This document shows, piece by piece, positions 47,723 to 61,341 of a stretch of 64,000 nt of DNA. Origin of the DNA: Clostridia bacterium. GTDB taxonomy: Bacteria > Bacillota > Clostridia > Christensenellales > UMGS416. Location of the stretch: NCBI GenBank assembly GCA_016938675.1, contig JAFGUF010000001.1:134249-198248 (forward strand). The letters are read 5' to 3'. Made by a program: the position numbers and the translations under genes. The stretch's first letter is position 1, and every line of letters starts with the position of its first letter. The notes below the pieces were generated by a model. That model had not been told where the DNA came from. It saw only the letters and a list, made by a program, of their open reading frames with translations, and ran no database searches.

Positions 47723-47736
47723 CAAACCATTGTTCG
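47723..47736 (-). promoter_or_regulatory. SOS (Cheo) box CGAACAATGGTTTG overlapping the -35 of the lexA promoter (TTGACA-17-TATTAT, 47725-47697)
   Basis: The minus-strand sequence CGAACAATGGTTTGACA matches the Firmicute LexA operator consensus CGAAC-N4-GTTYG. Confidence 0.7.
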
Positions 47737-47738
47737 CA

Positions 47739-48893
47739 TTAATCATCAAAATAATCTATGTTTTTTGGGGCTTCTTTGCGTCTGTCTTCGCTGATAGCGG
47801 CATAGTGCTTCTTTGTGGTATTTACATCTTTATGCCCGAGAACATCAGCAACCAGATAAATATCGCCAGTATTATGGTACAAAGCAGTGCCGAAAGTGCT
47901 TCTGAACTTATGCGGAGATATATTTTTGAGCGGATTCACAATCTTTGTATATTTATCAACCAGTTTTTCAACAGCTCTATGCGTGATTCTATTATTTTGA
48001 AGGGAAATGAATAGGGCATCTGCGTCCTTTCCCTTGATTTCTATCTTTTCCCGCTGACTAATGTATGCCCTTAGGATATCTTTGGTATAATTAGAATAGT
48101 ATAATATCGCCTGGCTTCCGCCTTTACGAGTGACCTTGAAGGCATTTTCATCAAAATAGATGTCTTTTATGTCAATTCCTATTAATTCGCTCAATCGTAT
48201 ACCCGTATCAAGCAGCAAAACAATGATAGCAGTATCTCTCAATACAGTTTTTTTGTGATATCCGGCTTCTTTGGGCGTCAATCCTTCACCTGATTCTACA
48301 ATTTGAACTAATTTAACAATTTCATCCGGCGTTAAGCGCAAAATAGTCTTTTCTTTTATCTTTGGCGAGTCAATTATGCCAGTTGCATCTTCAGAAATCA
48401 GCCTGTGTTTAAGCAAATAAGTAAAAAACGAGCTTATTGCGGATAATTTACGCTTTTTCCCAGGGTTTGTATTGCTATAGGTGTATCCATTTTTCTCATA
48501 AGAGCTGATATAATGCAGAAATTCCTCTATATCCTTTGTTGTAATTGCCTTTATATGGGATATATTAACATATTGTGAAGGGTGAATGGGAGCAGGGGGT
48601 TTATCCTGAATTTCATCAGCATCTTCATTATTTTCAAGCGTTTCACCAATGTTTTCCGAATCAATTGAATAATAAGAAACGTACTGATCATAATGTGGTC
48701 TAATGTCAGCAAAGGAGTCACATTGAGTATAAAGATATTCAAAGAAGATTATTAAATCGTTAGCGTAATTTATTCTGGTTAAAATGGATGTATTGCTGGA
48801 AGCTGCTATAAAAAAATCATAGCAGAGGTCAGGAAGCTTGAAAAGCAGTTTTCTTAATCTTTCATTGTTTTGCGCATTATTATTAATATCCAT
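47739..48893 (-). CDS. Tyrosine site-specific recombinase (XerC/XerD/phage-integrase family), orphan
   Basis: 384 aa. C-terminal catalytic motifs (R in DTGIRLSEL; HKFRSTF; LGHKDVNTTKKHY). Extended N-terminal SAM-like domain. Confidence 0.88.
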   Translation of the reverse strand: MDINNNAQNNERLRKLLFKLPDLCYDFFIAASSNTSILTRINYANDLIIFFEYLYTQCDSFADIRPHYDQYVSYYSIDSENIGETLENNEDADEIQDKPPAPIHPSQYVNISHIKAITTKDIEEFLHYISSYEKNGYTYSNTNPGKKRKLSAISSFFTYLLKHRLISEDATGIIDSPKIKEKTILRLTPDEIVKLVQIVESGEGLTPKEAGYHKKTVLRDTAIIVLLLDTGIRLSELIGIDIKDIYFDENAFKVTRKGGSQAILYYSNYTKDILRAYISQREKIEIKGKDADALFISLQNNRITHRAVEKLVDKYTKIVNPLKNISPHKFRSTFGTALYHNTGDIYLVADVLGHKDVNTTKKHYAAISEDRRKEAPKNIDYFDD

Positions 48894-48923
48894 ATAAATC
48901 GCCTTAATAGTAGTGTTTAAAGC

Positions 48924-48963
48924 TCCAACTATTCGTAAAACCTGCGTTTTACGAATAGTTGGA
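48924..48963 (-). repeat. Perfect 18-bp inverted repeat (TCCAACTATTCGTAAAAC-CTGC-GTTTTACGAATAGTTGGA) at the 5' end of the recombinase transcript
   Basis: Read directly. It lies 3-4 nt downstream of the predicted TSS. Confidence 0.9.
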
Positions 48964-48972
48964 TATATGTTG

Positions 48973-49001
48973 ATTATACACTTCTCTTATGTTTTTGTCA
49001 A
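48973..49001 (-). promoter_or_regulatory. Consensus sigmaA promoter TTGACA-17-TATAAT for the recombinase gene
   Basis: On the minus strand, -35 is at 49001-48996 and -10 is at 48978-48973. Confidence 0.65.
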
Positions 49002-49009
49002 AATATTAA

Positions 49010-49045
49010 TAAAAAAACAGACAAAAATTATTTCTCGTCTGTTTT
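49010..49045 (-). terminator. Intrinsic terminator ending the yerC-pcrA-ligA-...-nif3 operon
   Basis: ACAGAC-N14-GTCTGT followed by T7 on the minus strand. Confidence 0.75.
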
Positions 49046-49066
49046 TGATATTTAATTATTTGCTTT

Positions 49067-49897
49067 TTACTTCGGTGAAATTACTCCGCTCATTCTGATT
49101 ACTTCTATTCCGCGCTTTTCCAGTTCATTCATCAGTCCGTTTATTCCTACGGAATCGCTGGCCATGTGCCCTGCCACCAAAACGTTTCCAATCCCCTGCT
49201 CCTTAACTTTCGCTATGTCTCCGAATGGTATATGCATATTGACCAAAGTTCCCACACCAGCCTCAAAGTATGCCTTATATACGTCTGCTCCGCCTCCAGT
49301 ACCGCCTGCCATTATTGCAAAAGGCTTTCCGCAGTAGTCTTCCTTGTTTCCAACTCTTACTTTTGGTTCGCTTAACGAGTTTTTATATTCAGGTATTGTC
49401 ATCAGTTCGTCTATCAAATCCTGAACGGTAGCCTTAGGATTTGCATCATATACTTTATCCAGGTGCTGCTGTATTGTTCTTTCAGCTATAAAATCGCAAG
49501 GCGAATGTATGCCAATATATGGTATTTTAAGGAGCTTCGCCGCTGATGTCGCCTGGTCATAGTTTGCGGGGTGTAAATTTACGCTTACTTCCTCCATTTT
49601 TGGCACTAATACTTTCTGCGCCTTATTTATGGGGACCCCCGCTGCAACCATTCTATCTATTTGTTTTTTCATTACTTCCGTAAAATTTGTTTTTGTTGTG
49701 TCGCCTATCGGGTGATGCCCTATTACGCAGTCAACGCCCAGTTCTTTTGCAAGCAGCAGCTCGGCAGTGCCCATATCAACACCTACAAGCACCTTTTTTA
49801 TGTTTTCACCTTCTACAATTATCGCAGAATCAGCTGGTATTTGGTCAATTTTAGCAAGTTCTAATGCCAGTTCCATTATTTCTCTTGTATTCATCAC
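49067..49897 (-). CDS. Nif3-like (DUF34) dinuclear metal-centre protein
   Basis: 276 aa. GHHP motif and a C-terminal AGHMASD metal-ligand region. Confidence 0.65.
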   Translation of the reverse strand: MMNTREIMELALELAKIDQIPADSAIIVEGENIKKVLVGVDMGTAELLLAKELGVDCVIGHHPIGDTTKTNFTEVMKKQIDRMVAAGVPINKAQKVLVPKMEEVSVNLHPANYDQATSAAKLLKIPYIGIHSPCDFIAERTIQQHLDKVYDANPKATVQDLIDELMTIPEYKNSLSEPKVRVGNKEDYCGKPFAIMAGGTGGGADVYKAYFEAGVGTLVNMHIPFGDIAKVKEQGIGNVLVAGHMASDSVGINGLMNELEKRGIEVIRMSGVISPK

Positions 49898-49911
49898 TTT
49901 CCTCCTAAGTA

Positions 49912-55063
<5,152 letters not shown>

Positions 55064-55067
<4 letters not shown>

Positions 55068-55357
55068 TTTTCCACCTTGGTTATTACTGATTTATATCCG
55101 CCAGCTCCGTAGTTAAGCGCTCTGTTTACCCTGCTTATAGTTGCCGAACTTGCGCCTGTTTCCTTTGCAATTTTGCTGTAGGTTACGCCCTGCTCAAGCA
55201 TCAGCGCCACATGGTATCTCTGTGCCATAGCCTGAATCTCAGTTATCGTGCATAGGTCCTCGAAAAAAGTATAGCACTCTTCTACGCTGTTAATAGACAC
55301 TATGGCTTTATACAATTCATCTATTGATTTATTCTGAATAACCGGCTCACGAGACAT
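55064..55357 (-). CDS. YerC/YecD family TrpR-related protein
   Basis: 97 aa. LCTxxEIxAMAQR ... ATISRVNRAL pattern. The yerC-pcrA-ligA order matches Bacillus. Confidence 0.85.
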
Positions 55358-55684
55358 AATCTTACCTCACATTTATTGTATTGATATAAGTCAATCCTAC
55401 TATGTTAATATTATAACATATATAAAAATATTTAAAAACCTCTCTTTGGCTATTGCAGAAAATATATTGCATTTATTTTAGTTTAATTTGTGTACATATT
55501 ATTAAAGCGTCTCTTTTTCTATTGTATATATCTTTTAATTGTATATAATATAATGTATGGGAATTTATATTTTGGGTTATTGCCTGTAATTTGCACGGTA
55601 TTTCAATTTATTCTGTTAAATATGATTAAGTCTGCTCAAAATAAACCATATATAAAGCAGTGTATTTTTTGTGAAGGTGTTTAT

Positions 55685-58600
55685 ATGAAGAGAATTGGTA
55701 TTGTATGGATAGTTATGGCTCTGTTAATTGCAATTTTATTAACATCCTGTAGTGAGAACCCCATTAAAACTTATGATAAGAACTTCGTGCTTGCAACCCC
55801 TGATAACCTGCACGAAATTTTGCTTGAAAGAATTGATTTGTCTGCAAAGGATTTAAATCTGACAAATGAAGAAAGCAATGCTCTAAAAAAATACAGTAAA
55901 TACGGCAATGTGTTGAGGGCTGTTACATACGAATGGCCCGGCAAGAGCGAGCTGCTTTCATATGGAGACTCTTTCTATCAGGTTGGAGCAGACATTTTCG
56001 AGATGGAGGCAATTTCTAAAATTCTTGGAGTTAACATAGAAATTGAGCAGATGCCTTATTCTGAAGCATTGCCCATGCTGGAAAAAGGACAGTTTGATAT
56101 AATGCCTGGTGTCTATCCAACGGAGCAACTGCTCTCCGATACTGAAACATTTGAAACAAATACAGCAACTGACTATATTTATGCATATTCAACAACAGGT
56201 ATTCAGATTAGCAGCATCAACGATCTGAAAAACCTTCGAATAGGCGTCATTAAAAATTTGAATATTTTTACTCCTGAAATTGAAGAAGGCCTTCACGATT
56301 CAGGAATATATTATACGCTGGATAATAGCTTTGAAACTGAGTTCGATGCGCTTACAGCACTTCGGAATGATGAAATTGATATAATCATTCAGACATTTTC
56401 TACAAACCTTATATACTATCAATGCTATCCCGTTAACGTTTCTCAGATTTTTGATGAATATGCCTCAAAAATGCTTTTTACAAAAATTAGAGACCAAAGA
56501 GAAGACATTCAATATATTATATCGGCAATCCAGAAAATATATGATTATAATGATTACATGCAGCTTCTCAAGCAGGACTATATGGACATGTATTCTGCTA
56601 TGATTGTTTCTACCGGTGCTGTTTTTTCCTATGCGGAAACTTCATTTATATCCAATATATCTCAGACACCTATTAAGGTGCTGGCTGTCGCCAATTCCTC
56701 GCCGTATATTTACTATGATGATCTTGCAGGCGAATGGAAAGGTATCAGCTATGAGGTTTGGGATGCAGTGGCTACTGCTGCAGGAATACCATATGAAATT
56801 GAATCATCAGAATATGATTCATTTAATTTGTTCAATCAAATAGCCGAAGGCTTCCCGCCCAGTGCTTCTGTAATTATTCCTATGTACGAGTCCCCGGAAA
56901 AGGAAGGATATCTCATATTCTCAACTCCTGTAGTTACAGATAAGTTCGTAATAGTAGGTTTACATGAAACTGAGAATCTTTTTGAAATTCATGACCTTGC
57001 AAATAAAAAGGTCGGAATAGTTGAAGGCCTTGAGGCGACAACCGCGCTAAAGACCTATATGCCATATGAAGATTATGTAACGGGATTCACTTCAAATGAT
57101 GATCTTATAAACGCTCTGCTTGCAGGAACGATTGACTATATTGTTCTGTCAGAAACAGAGTTTAACGGTTATTTCTATGAAGACCATCATTATGAAATAA
57201 CGATTAAGTATGAGCTTGATAAAGCAAACTCTTCAATTGCATTCTTTGACAATGAGGACGGAGCTGCTTTGCAGTCAATATACAACAAAGTTGTTCCTTT
57301 TATTAAGTCCAGACAAATTATTGAGCAATTCTCAACTATTGATACGAATATAAACCAGGTTATGAAAGCGCGAAACAGGGACATGCTGTTCATGTTTATG
57401 CTGATGTTTGTCATCATCATCCTGTTCCTTGTTTATTTTATCCGCCGCCTTACAGTAGCAAATAAGAAAGTAAGAGAGATAGCATTCGTTAATGCAATAA
57501 CTGGACTTCAAAACAGAACTGCTTTCTACAATGACAACACCATTGCCAGCGGTTCGCTGATATTCGTTGACCTTGACGACTTCAAGAGAATCAACGACGT
57601 ACACGGACATGATATCGGCGATATGTTCGCCCATGAGATAGCACAGCGCATTATGGCGATAGCAAGCGAGTTTGACCTGAAGGCATATACGATGGATATC
57701 GACAGCTTTATCCTGATGGATGACGGCGCTTATAATGAGGATAAGCTTGTTTCTATTTCAGCCAAAGTTCTGTATGAGGTTTCAAAAAGCGTCAGAATCT
57801 ATGACATTGACCATAAGCTCACAGCCTCAATTGGAATCGCAGTTAAAAGAGACGAAAGAGGTATGGAAGAGCTGTTCAAAAAGGCTGATACCGCCCTATA
57901 TCTTGCTAAAGAACGCGGAAAGAACAGATACGTTGTAGCATCTGAAGATGAGTTCCAGATACATAGGAAAAAGCAGTTCTTGAACGAAAGGCTTACAAAA
58001 GAAACCATTCAGAATGAAATCGTTCCTTATTTCCAGCCGAAGGTTGACATTCGTGACGGAAAGATTATCGGCGTTGAGGCACTTGCACGTTGGAACTCCA
58101 AGGAAGAAGGCATGCTGTTCCCTGATGAAATACTTCCGGTTCTTGCTGAAAACGGGCTGCTGCCTATACTTGACATATCCATATTGACTAAAACATGCAA
58201 GATATATGCCGATTGGGTGCAAAAGAAACTAATCGAGCCTAACTTTATTGTATCCTGCAATATGTCCTATCTTACAATTGAGGCTTTTGATATCGTCGCT
58301 GCAGTCACTCAGATTCATAATAATCTCGATATTCCATTCAGAGCATTGGAGATAGAAATCAGTGAAACTGATCTGATGGCACATTTAGATGATATCAGCG
58401 AGAAACTGGTTGATCTTGCAAAACTAGGCGTGAATATATCCATTGATAACTTTATGGCTGATAAAAAGGTTATGACACAGATATCCAAACTGCCCATTAA
58501 TGTAATCAAGCTGGATAAGTCTCTCCTAAGAGACGGAATAAACAAAAAATCAAGAGAAGTATATGAGCTGGTCAGCGGCCTAGCAAGAAGGCTTAATATC

Positions 58601-58750
58601 GGCCTGATTGTTGAAGGCGTTGAGACGCCAGAACAAATACAGCTGCTTAAAGAAATCCCTATTTACAGAGCTCAAGGATATTATTACAGCAAGACAGTAA
58701 GCAAAGCACATATTGAAAATGACTTGAGAGTAAAATATATTTATAGATAG
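55685..58750 (+). CDS. Lipoprotein with two extracytoplasmic solute-binding-like domains, one TM helix, a degenerate GGDEF domain and an EAL domain
   Basis: The ATG at 55685 follows GAAGGTG. Lipobox LLTSC. GGDEF is replaced by DIDSF. The EAL domain keeps EALAR, N, EISE, KLD, EGVE and QGY, but DDFGTGYSS is replaced by IDNFMADKK. The track start at 55490 is unlikely. Confidence 0.85.
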   Translation: MKRIGIVWIVMALLIAILLTSCSENPIKTYDKNFVLATPDNLHEILLERIDLSAKDLNLTNEESNALKKYSKYGNVLRAVTYEWPGKSELLSYGDSFYQVGADIFEMEAISKILGVNIEIEQMPYSEALPMLEKGQFDIMPGVYPTEQLLSDTETFETNTATDYIYAYSTTGIQISSINDLKNLRIGVIKNLNIFTPEIEEGLHDSGIYYTLDNSFETEFDALTALRNDEIDIIIQTFSTNLIYYQCYPVNVSQIFDEYASKMLFTKIRDQREDIQYIISAIQKIYDYNDYMQLLKQDYMDMYSAMIVSTGAVFSYAETSFISNISQTPIKVLAVANSSPYIYYDDLAGEWKGISYEVWDAVATAAGIPYEIESSEYDSFNLFNQIAEGFPPSASVIIPMYESPEKEGYLIFSTPVVTDKFVIVGLHETENLFEIHDLANKKVGIVEGLEATTALKTYMPYEDYVTGFTSNDDLINALLAGTIDYIVLSETEFNGYFYEDHHYEITIKYELDKANSSIAFFDNEDGAALQSIYNKVVPFIKSRQIIEQFSTIDTNINQVMKARNRDMLFMFMLMFVIIILFLVYFIRRLTVANKKVREIAFVNAITGLQNRTAFYNDNTIASGSLIFVDLDDFKRINDVHGHDIGDMFAHEIAQRIMAIASEFDLKAYTMDIDSFILMDDGAYNEDKLVSISAKVLYEVSKSVRIYDIDHKLTASIGIAVKRDERGMEELFKKADTALYLAKERGKNRYVVASEDEFQIHRKKQFLNERLTKETIQNEIVPYFQPKVDIRDGKIIGVEALARWNSKEEGMLFPDEILPVLAENGLLPILDISILTKTCKIYADWVQKKLIEPNFIVSCNMSYLTIEAFDIVAAVTQIHNNLDIPFRALEIEISETDLMAHLDDISEKLVDLAKLGVNISIDNFMADKKVMTQISKLPINVIKLDKSLLRDGINKKSREVYELVSGLARRLNIGLIVEGVETPEQIQLLKEIPIYRAQGYYYSKTVSKAHIENDLRVKYIYR

Positions 58751-58770
58751 GTGCAAAAATAGCTATTATT

Positions 58771-58804
58771 GGGCAGTGTTTTTTTAGGCTCTGCCCATTT
58801 TTAT
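58771..58804 (+). terminator. Intrinsic terminator after the GGDEF-EAL gene
   Basis: GGGCAG-N14-CTGCCC followed by ATTTTT. Confidence 0.6.
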
Positions 58805-58886
58805 ATCCGAATAAACTTTTGATTAAATACAGGTATTTTTTAATTGATTTTTATAGGATGTTATGTTAGAATAACCTTTGTCAATC

Positions 58887-58971
58887 GCCGAAGTGATGAA
58901 ATTGGCAGACGTGCTTGACTCAAAATCAAGTGCCTACGGGCGTGCCGGTTCGAATCCGGCCTTCGGCACCA
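58887..58971 (+). tRNA. tRNA-Leu (anticodon CAA), CCA encoded
   Basis: Acceptor stem GCCGAAG/CTTCGGC. Anticodon stem CTTGA/TCAAG with loop CTCAAAA. Long variable arm. T-arm GGTTCGAATCC. Promoter TTGATT-17-TAGAAT upstream. Confidence 0.93.
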
Positions 58972-58972
58972 G

Positions 58973-59003
58973 ACAGTCTCATTAAATATGAGGCTGTTTT
59001 TTA
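58973..59003 (+). terminator. Intrinsic terminator after tRNA-Leu
   Basis: 10-bp stem ACAGTCTCAT/ATGAGGCTGT followed by T6. Confidence 0.8.
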
Positions 59004-59040
59004 TTTTCACATTTTTTATAAAATAATTATTAAATTTTAA

Positions 59041-59078
59041 ACAAAATAAAAACAGCACTGCAATAAGCAAAGCTGTTT
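59041..59078 (-). terminator. Intrinsic terminator ending the FucNAc-type sugar operon
   Basis: AACAGC...GCTGTT stem followed on the minus strand by TTTATTTT. Confidence 0.55.
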
Positions 59079-59104
59079 ATTTTCTTATGAAATGAATTCT
59101 TCTC

Positions 59105-60229
59105 TTACTTCCCCCACACTACTCTGTTAATATAATCTGTGTAGGATAATATAATCCTCAGAACTTTGTCTGATACATTAGGCATGCTGTAGTCAGAGAC
59201 TAGCCTTAAGGTATCCCTGCTTTGTGTTTCGAGCACTGCAAGGCCCTGCAGTATACGTTCCTTCTTTAGCCCAACCATCATAACCGATGCTTCTTCCATA
59301 GCTTCGGGCCTTTCGTGGGCCTGGCGAATATTAAGCGCCTTGAAGCCAAGAATTGACGATTCTTCACTAATGGTTCCGCTGTCACTCAACACGGCTTTTG
59401 CGTTCTTTTGCAGCTTTACGTAGTCATTAAATCCAAGCGGAGCTAATGTCTTTACGAGCGGACTGAACTTAATCTGTTTAGCTTCTATCATCTTTCTTGT
59501 GCGAGGATGTGTGCTGACTATTACTGGCAGATTGTAGTGCTCTGCGATTTCATTAAGGCTTTCAACCAAATCATTAAAATTAGTTTCAGAATTGATATTT
59601 TCCTCCCTATGCGCCGAAACTACAAAATACTCCTTGCTTGTAAGTCCTAGCCTTTCAAGAGCGTCAGATGCGTCTATATCGTCTTTTCTTGAGTTCAGCA
59701 CTTCATACATAGGGCTGCCCGTTTTTATCACCATATCGGGGCTCAAACCCTCGCGAAGAAGATATTCACGGGCTATATCGCTGTAGGTGAGATTGATGTC
59801 TGATATATGGTCAACAATTTTTCTGTTTGTCTCCTCCGGTACACGCTGGTCAAAGCACCTGTTTCCGGCCTCCATGTGAAAAACGGGAATATGGTATCTC
59901 TTCGCAGCCACCGCACACAGGCAGCTGTTTGTGTCGCCCAGCACTAGGAAAGCATCCGGCTTCACCTCATTTAGTACCGCATCAATCTTTACAAATATAT
60001 TCCCGATGGTCTCTATTGCTGTGCCTGTTGCCGCGTTCAGAAAATAATCGGGCTTTTTAAGCTTGAAATCATTGAAAAACACTTCATTCAGCTCATAATC
60101 ATAGTTTTGACCGGTGTGGACAAGAACATGCTCAATAGCCTCAGATTCGTCTAATTTATTTATAACTGCAGAAAGCCTGATAATTTCCGGCCTGGTACCA
60201 ACCACAGTCATTACTTTCAGCTTTTTCAT
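59105..60229 (-). CDS. fnlC: UDP-N-acetylglucosamine 2-epimerase (non-hydrolysing), FnlC/Cap5G type
   Basis: 374 aa. VVGTRPEIIRL N-terminus and the WecB family profile. Third gene of a CapE/F/G-like trio. Confidence 0.88.
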   Translation of the reverse strand: MKKLKVMTVVGTRPEIIRLSAVINKLDESEAIEHVLVHTGQNYDYELNEVFFNDFKLKKPDYFLNAATGTAIETIGNIFVKIDAVLNEVKPDAFLVLGDTNSCLCAVAAKRYHIPVFHMEAGNRCFDQRVPEETNRKIVDHISDINLTYSDIAREYLLREGLSPDMVIKTGSPMYEVLNSRKDDIDASDALERLGLTSKEYFVVSAHREENINSETNFNDLVESLNEIAEHYNLPVIVSTHPRTRKMIEAKQIKFSPLVKTLAPLGFNDYVKLQKNAKAVLSDSGTISEESSILGFKALNIRQAHERPEAMEEASVMMVGLKKERILQGLAVLETQSRDTLRLVSDYSMPNVSDKVLRIILSYTDYINRVVWGK

Positions 60230-61341
60230 TCCTGCACCTCCAAATAGTAAGTATCGGGATTATTAGGGTCAAAGCATTCATTGGCCCACATCAGTGTTAC
60301 CATGTCACAATCACCAAGATTTTCGATATTATGAGTATATCCCACCGGTATATCAACAACTTCCATCTTTTCGCCGCTTACAAAGTATTCTATGATTTCA
60401 TCGCAATCAATTTTGCGGAATCGGATTACTCCGCTGCCGCTGACAACCAAGAATTTTTCATTTTTTGTGTGATGCCAATGGTTCCCCTTTGTAATACCAG
60501 GCTTTGATATGTTTACAGAGAACTGTCCGTTGTACTTTGTGCGCACAAACTCGGTAAATGATCCTCTGTTATCTTTATTCATAGTTAGCTCATAGCTGAA
60601 CCTATCCTTCGGCAGATAGCTCAAATATGTGCTGTATAGCTTTTTTGTGAAAGCATCAGACATATCCGGCACATAGAGATTCTGCCTGCTTTCCTTAAAT
60701 GAATGAATAAGCCTTACTATTTCACCCAGCTTTACAGTATGAACCACAGGAACTTCGCAAAACCTCCCTACTCTGTTTTCATTTCCATCCAATGAATTGA
60801 TCAGCTCATACACTAAATCATCAATATAAACAAGATTCATTATGACGTTTTCATCATTAACCTGAATCGGCAAACCATTAGCAATGTTGTTGCAGAATGT
60901 CGCAACAGCGCTGTTATAATTGGGCCTGCACCACTTGCCAAATACATTCGGGAATCTGTATACCAGAACTTTGGCACCTACTTCTTTCCCATATTCAAAA
61001 ATTAAATCTTCACCGGCTTTTTTGCTCTTTCCATAGGGATTGTCAAGCTCGGCCTGAATTGAAGAAGATATCATTATGGGACAATTGTTATGATGCTTTT
61101 TTAGGCTTGCAAGCAAATCAGATGTAAATCCGAAATTGCCCTCCATGAATTCGTCCTGATTCTGAGGACGGTTAACACCTGCTAAATGAAAAACAAAGTC
61201 ACAGGATGCGCAATATTCATCAAGAAAGCTAGATGGAGTATCTATATCAAATTCGTAAATATCACAAAAATCCCGATTCTTAAGCTCAGCAATCAGGTTT
61301 CTGCCGATAAAGCCCTTCGCTCCGGTAATCAGGATATTCAT
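60226..61341 (-). CDS. fnlB: Cap5F/FnlB-type reductase (SDR N-domain plus cupin-like C-domain)
   Basis: 371 aa. ILITGAKGFIG Rossmann N-terminus. Length and two-domain layout match Cap5F/FnlB. Overlaps both neighbours by 4 nt. Confidence 0.8.
   Translation of the reverse strand: MNILITGAKGFIGRNLIAELKNRDFCDIYEFDIDTPSSFLDEYCASCDFVFHLAGVNRPQNQDEFMEGNFGFTSDLLASLKKHHNNCPIMISSSIQAELDNPYGKSKKAGEDLIFEYGKEVGAKVLVYRFPNVFGKWCRPNYNSAVATFCNNIANGLPIQVNDENVIMNLVYIDDLVYELINSLDGNENRVGRFCEVPVVHTVKLGEIVRLIHSFKESRQNLYVPDMSDAFTKKLYSTYLSYLPKDRFSYELTMNKDNRGSFTEFVRTKYNGQFSVNISKPGITKGNHWHHTKNEKFLVVSGSGVIRFRKIDCDEIIEYFVSGEKMEVVDIPVGYTHNIENLGDCDMVTLMWANECFDPNNPDTYYLEVQE

Noticed and set aside
47739-48893. The tyrosine recombinase as a marker of a prophage or integrative element.
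   Set aside because: Housekeeping genes (lexA and the Nif3-like operon) flank it immediately. There are no phage, conjugation or cargo genes. I saw no direct repeats bracketing it. It is treated as an orphan or domesticated recombinase.
55490-55684. N-terminal extensions in the ORF track. Affected starts: GGDEF-EAL at 55490, degV at 8311, PAP2 at 23694, GNAT at 24586, pfk at 35436, mutS at 40032, dxs at 27755, DUF1292 at 15427 and thrB at 6961.
   Set aside because: In each case an internal ATG (or GTG) with a proper SD gives the canonical family N-terminus. The longer versions add hydrophobic or low-complexity junk, or overlap upstream genes or RNA elements.
58861-59070. A 69-aa minus-strand ORF.
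   Set aside because: It runs antisense through tRNA-Leu(CAA) and its terminator. It is an artefact.
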